From an uncultured Flavobacteriales bacterium (lineage in GTDB: Bacteria > Bacteroidota > Bacteroidia > Flavobacteriales > UBA1820): 64,000 nt of DNA. The position numbers and the translations under genes were made by a program. The stretch spans positions 6,615 through 70,614 of the forward strand of contig CALJDR010000052.1 of assembly GCA_938023515.1 (NCBI GenBank), given 5' to 3'. Below, in pieces: positions 62,877 to 64,000 of the stretch (position 1 is the stretch's first letter; each line of letters opens with the position of its first letter). The notes under the pieces are model-generated. The model did not search any database and was not told the origin of the DNA. It saw nothing but the letters and a program-made list of their open reading frames with translations.

Positions 62877-63233
62877 TTAGTACCCTGTTTGTGGTTTGCG
62901 GTATTCACAGGCCCGGCGGTCGCAGTTCTTCAGTTTGAAAGATTCCTCCACGACCTTCAATCGGGCTATTTCCCGTTCTTTTTCCGCTTCGCGCCGGCGG
63001 GCCTCCCCGATCTCTTTGTACAGATTGTCGATCTTCAATTCTTTTTTGTCGAGCTGCACTTCTCTCTTTTCGGCCAATTCGCGCCATTCCTTGGCGTAAG
63101 CGCTCATATTTTCGCCCTCGGCCCGATCGGCATCGGCGTTCTCTTTCCGGCGTCGGGCATTGAAAAACACGATTGTGCCTAATGTTCCGGATGTTATCAC
63201 GAGCGTTATAATGGTCAGTATTTGTTCCATCAT
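62877..63233 (-). CDS. N-terminal TM plus coiled-coil protein (i-spanin-like or holin-associated)
   Basis: TM segment ILTIITLVITSGTLGTIVFF is followed by a charged coiled coil (EKREVQLDKKELKIDNLYKEIGEARRREAEKEREIARLK). Confidence 0.4.
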   Translation of the reverse strand: MMEQILTIITLVITSGTLGTIVFFNARRRKENADADRAEGENMSAYAKEWRELAEKREVQLDKKELKIDNLYKEIGEARRREAEKEREIARLKVVEESFKLKNCDRRACEYRKPQTGY

Positions 63234-63261
63234 GGTATTTTGCGATTATGATTACGGAAAA

Positions 63262-63462
63262 TCAATCCTGCCACATATCCGCAATACGCCGGATACCCAG
63301 GTATAGCACGATGGATACTACTGTGATATCGATAAGGCTGTAAAATATGCTGCCTCCCAAAATAAACCTGCGAACGCTCCATATCAATACGCCGAAACCA
63401 GCCGCCATGACCAGAAAACAGAGCATCATTTTTAGGCATTTCTTTTTCATCTTCATTTTCAT
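63262..63462 (-). CDS. Holin-like small membrane protein (66 aa, two TM segments)
   Basis: TM segments are MMLCFLVMAAGFGVLIWSV and IFYSLIDITVVSIVLYLGI. It sits at the head of the lysis-type cassette. Confidence 0.4.
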   Translation of the reverse strand: MKMKMKKKCLKMMLCFLVMAAGFGVLIWSVRRFILGGSIFYSLIDITVVSIVLYLGIRRIADMWQD

Positions 63463-63615
63463 TTTATCATTCCTGAATTACGGAATATTCCACTGCGGCC
63501 TGGCACCCCAAACCAATATCCTTGCCTGAATCGGCCACAGTGGTATTCCGCTATACAAATTTCATTTTTCAGGTTCCCATACACGTAACGGCAACCTGCC
63601 GATGATCTTTTTTGG

Positions 63616-63960
63616 TCATCGTTCGGCAAAGTCAAAATGGGTGGTTCCTATTTCATATCTCGGATCATTTACGGAAGCCACAGCCGATCCTCCATTAATG
63701 TACCGATCCTCCCGATAACGGATATTGGTGGAGAAATAACTTTGGCCATATTCCGTTATCTCGCCATTGATAGGTTCCGAATCCCCGTCCGAAAAGGTCA
63801 CATATCCGGATATGCCTACATTGACGCTTCCGGATACATCCGGGGAGAGGATTATATTGATTCGGTAATAAGCAGGGTTTCCATTTTCATCAAATTCCAT
63901 CCCTAATCCACCCACTACGTTAATAGTCGTCTTATCCACTTCGAACGTAGCTATAGCCAC
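63616..63960 (-). CDS. Hypothetical phage protein (114 aa)
   Basis: ORF evidence only, upstream of the lysis-type cassette. Confidence 0.35.
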   Translation of the reverse strand: MAIATFEVDKTTINVVGGLGMEFDENGNPAYYRINIILSPDVSGSVNVGISGYVTFSDGDSEPINGEITEYGQSYFSTNIRYREDRYINGGSAVASVNDPRYEIGTTHFDFAER

Positions 63961-64000
63961 AATATTTTTCTGGATATTAGACCTGGTGATAGACGGGCTG

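Larger units (their letters stand above)
60518..64000. mobile_element. End of a prophage-like integrated element inserted next to tRNA-Gly; it continues off-window
   Basis: A tyrosine integrase lies directly downstream of the tRNA 3' end, followed by a tightly packed minus-strand lysis-type cassette. Confidence 0.6.

Noticed and set aside
1-64000. I looked for CRISPR arrays, rRNA genes, RNase P, SRP or tmRNA signatures, reverse transcriptase (YxDD) genes, retron or DGR features, and restriction or toxin-antitoxin pairs.
   Set aside because: No regularly spaced repeat array and no conserved ncRNA core sequences (for example GAGGAAAGTCC or the SRP GGAA tetraloop context) were seen by eye. No RT motif or obvious defence gene pair was seen beyond the orphan methyltransferase. 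A proper covariance-model or HMM scan could still find something I missed.

Overview
The window looks like a Bacteroidales-type chromosome segment. The evidence is lipoprotein-rich coding, TAnnTTTG -7 promoter boxes, no Shine-Dalgarno signals, and housekeeping genes typical of the group. It has three parts. (1) Positions 1-13270 are an AT-rich acquired island that runs off the left edge. It holds a translationally coupled minus-strand operon (primase-helicase, orphan beta-class DNA methyltransferase, orphan NarL/FixJ response regulator, small protein, YkgJ-like Cys-cluster protein). It also holds a divergent CI-type HTH repressor with a palindromic operator candidate, a cargo of secreted proteins and lipoproteins, and a second CI-like HTH gene at the GC boundary. 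(2) Positions 13.3-60.5 kb are ordinary core genome. Recognised genes include an MBL hydrolase, HdeD, inositol monophosphatase, a tRNA-Ser/Pro/Arg cluster, MgtC, NDH-2, an M20 peptidase, FemAB-like, a peroxiredoxin, Nramp/MntH, CstA, DapD, an OstA-like protein, an acyl-ACP thioesterase, Udk, FtsB-like, a histidine kinase, DnaX, LpxK, PNP, OMPLA, PepD and tRNA-Tyr/Gly. (3) Positions 60518-64000 are the end of a prophage-like element beside tRNA-Gly, with a tyrosine integrase and a lysis-type cassette. The most notable observations follow. dnaX is interrupted by an A10 run, so the 0 frame gives a gamma-like product and the -1 frame (or one extra A) gives a tau-like product. The regulator and methylase module sits inside the island replication operon. 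Two adjacent genes share a roughly 100-aa domain, one fused to a cytoplasmic trypsin-like protease with a zinc ribbon, the other to a Met/Gln-rich tail. Three paralogous beta-propeller lipoproteins and a small lipoprotein family (one copy decayed) are dispersed through the window. An exact 16-mer extended promoter element recurs. The lysis cassette includes a u-spanin-like gene and a protein with a YkuD-like motif. No CRISPR array, rRNA or recognisable riboswitch was seen. All functional calls come from motif recognition by eye, with no database search.
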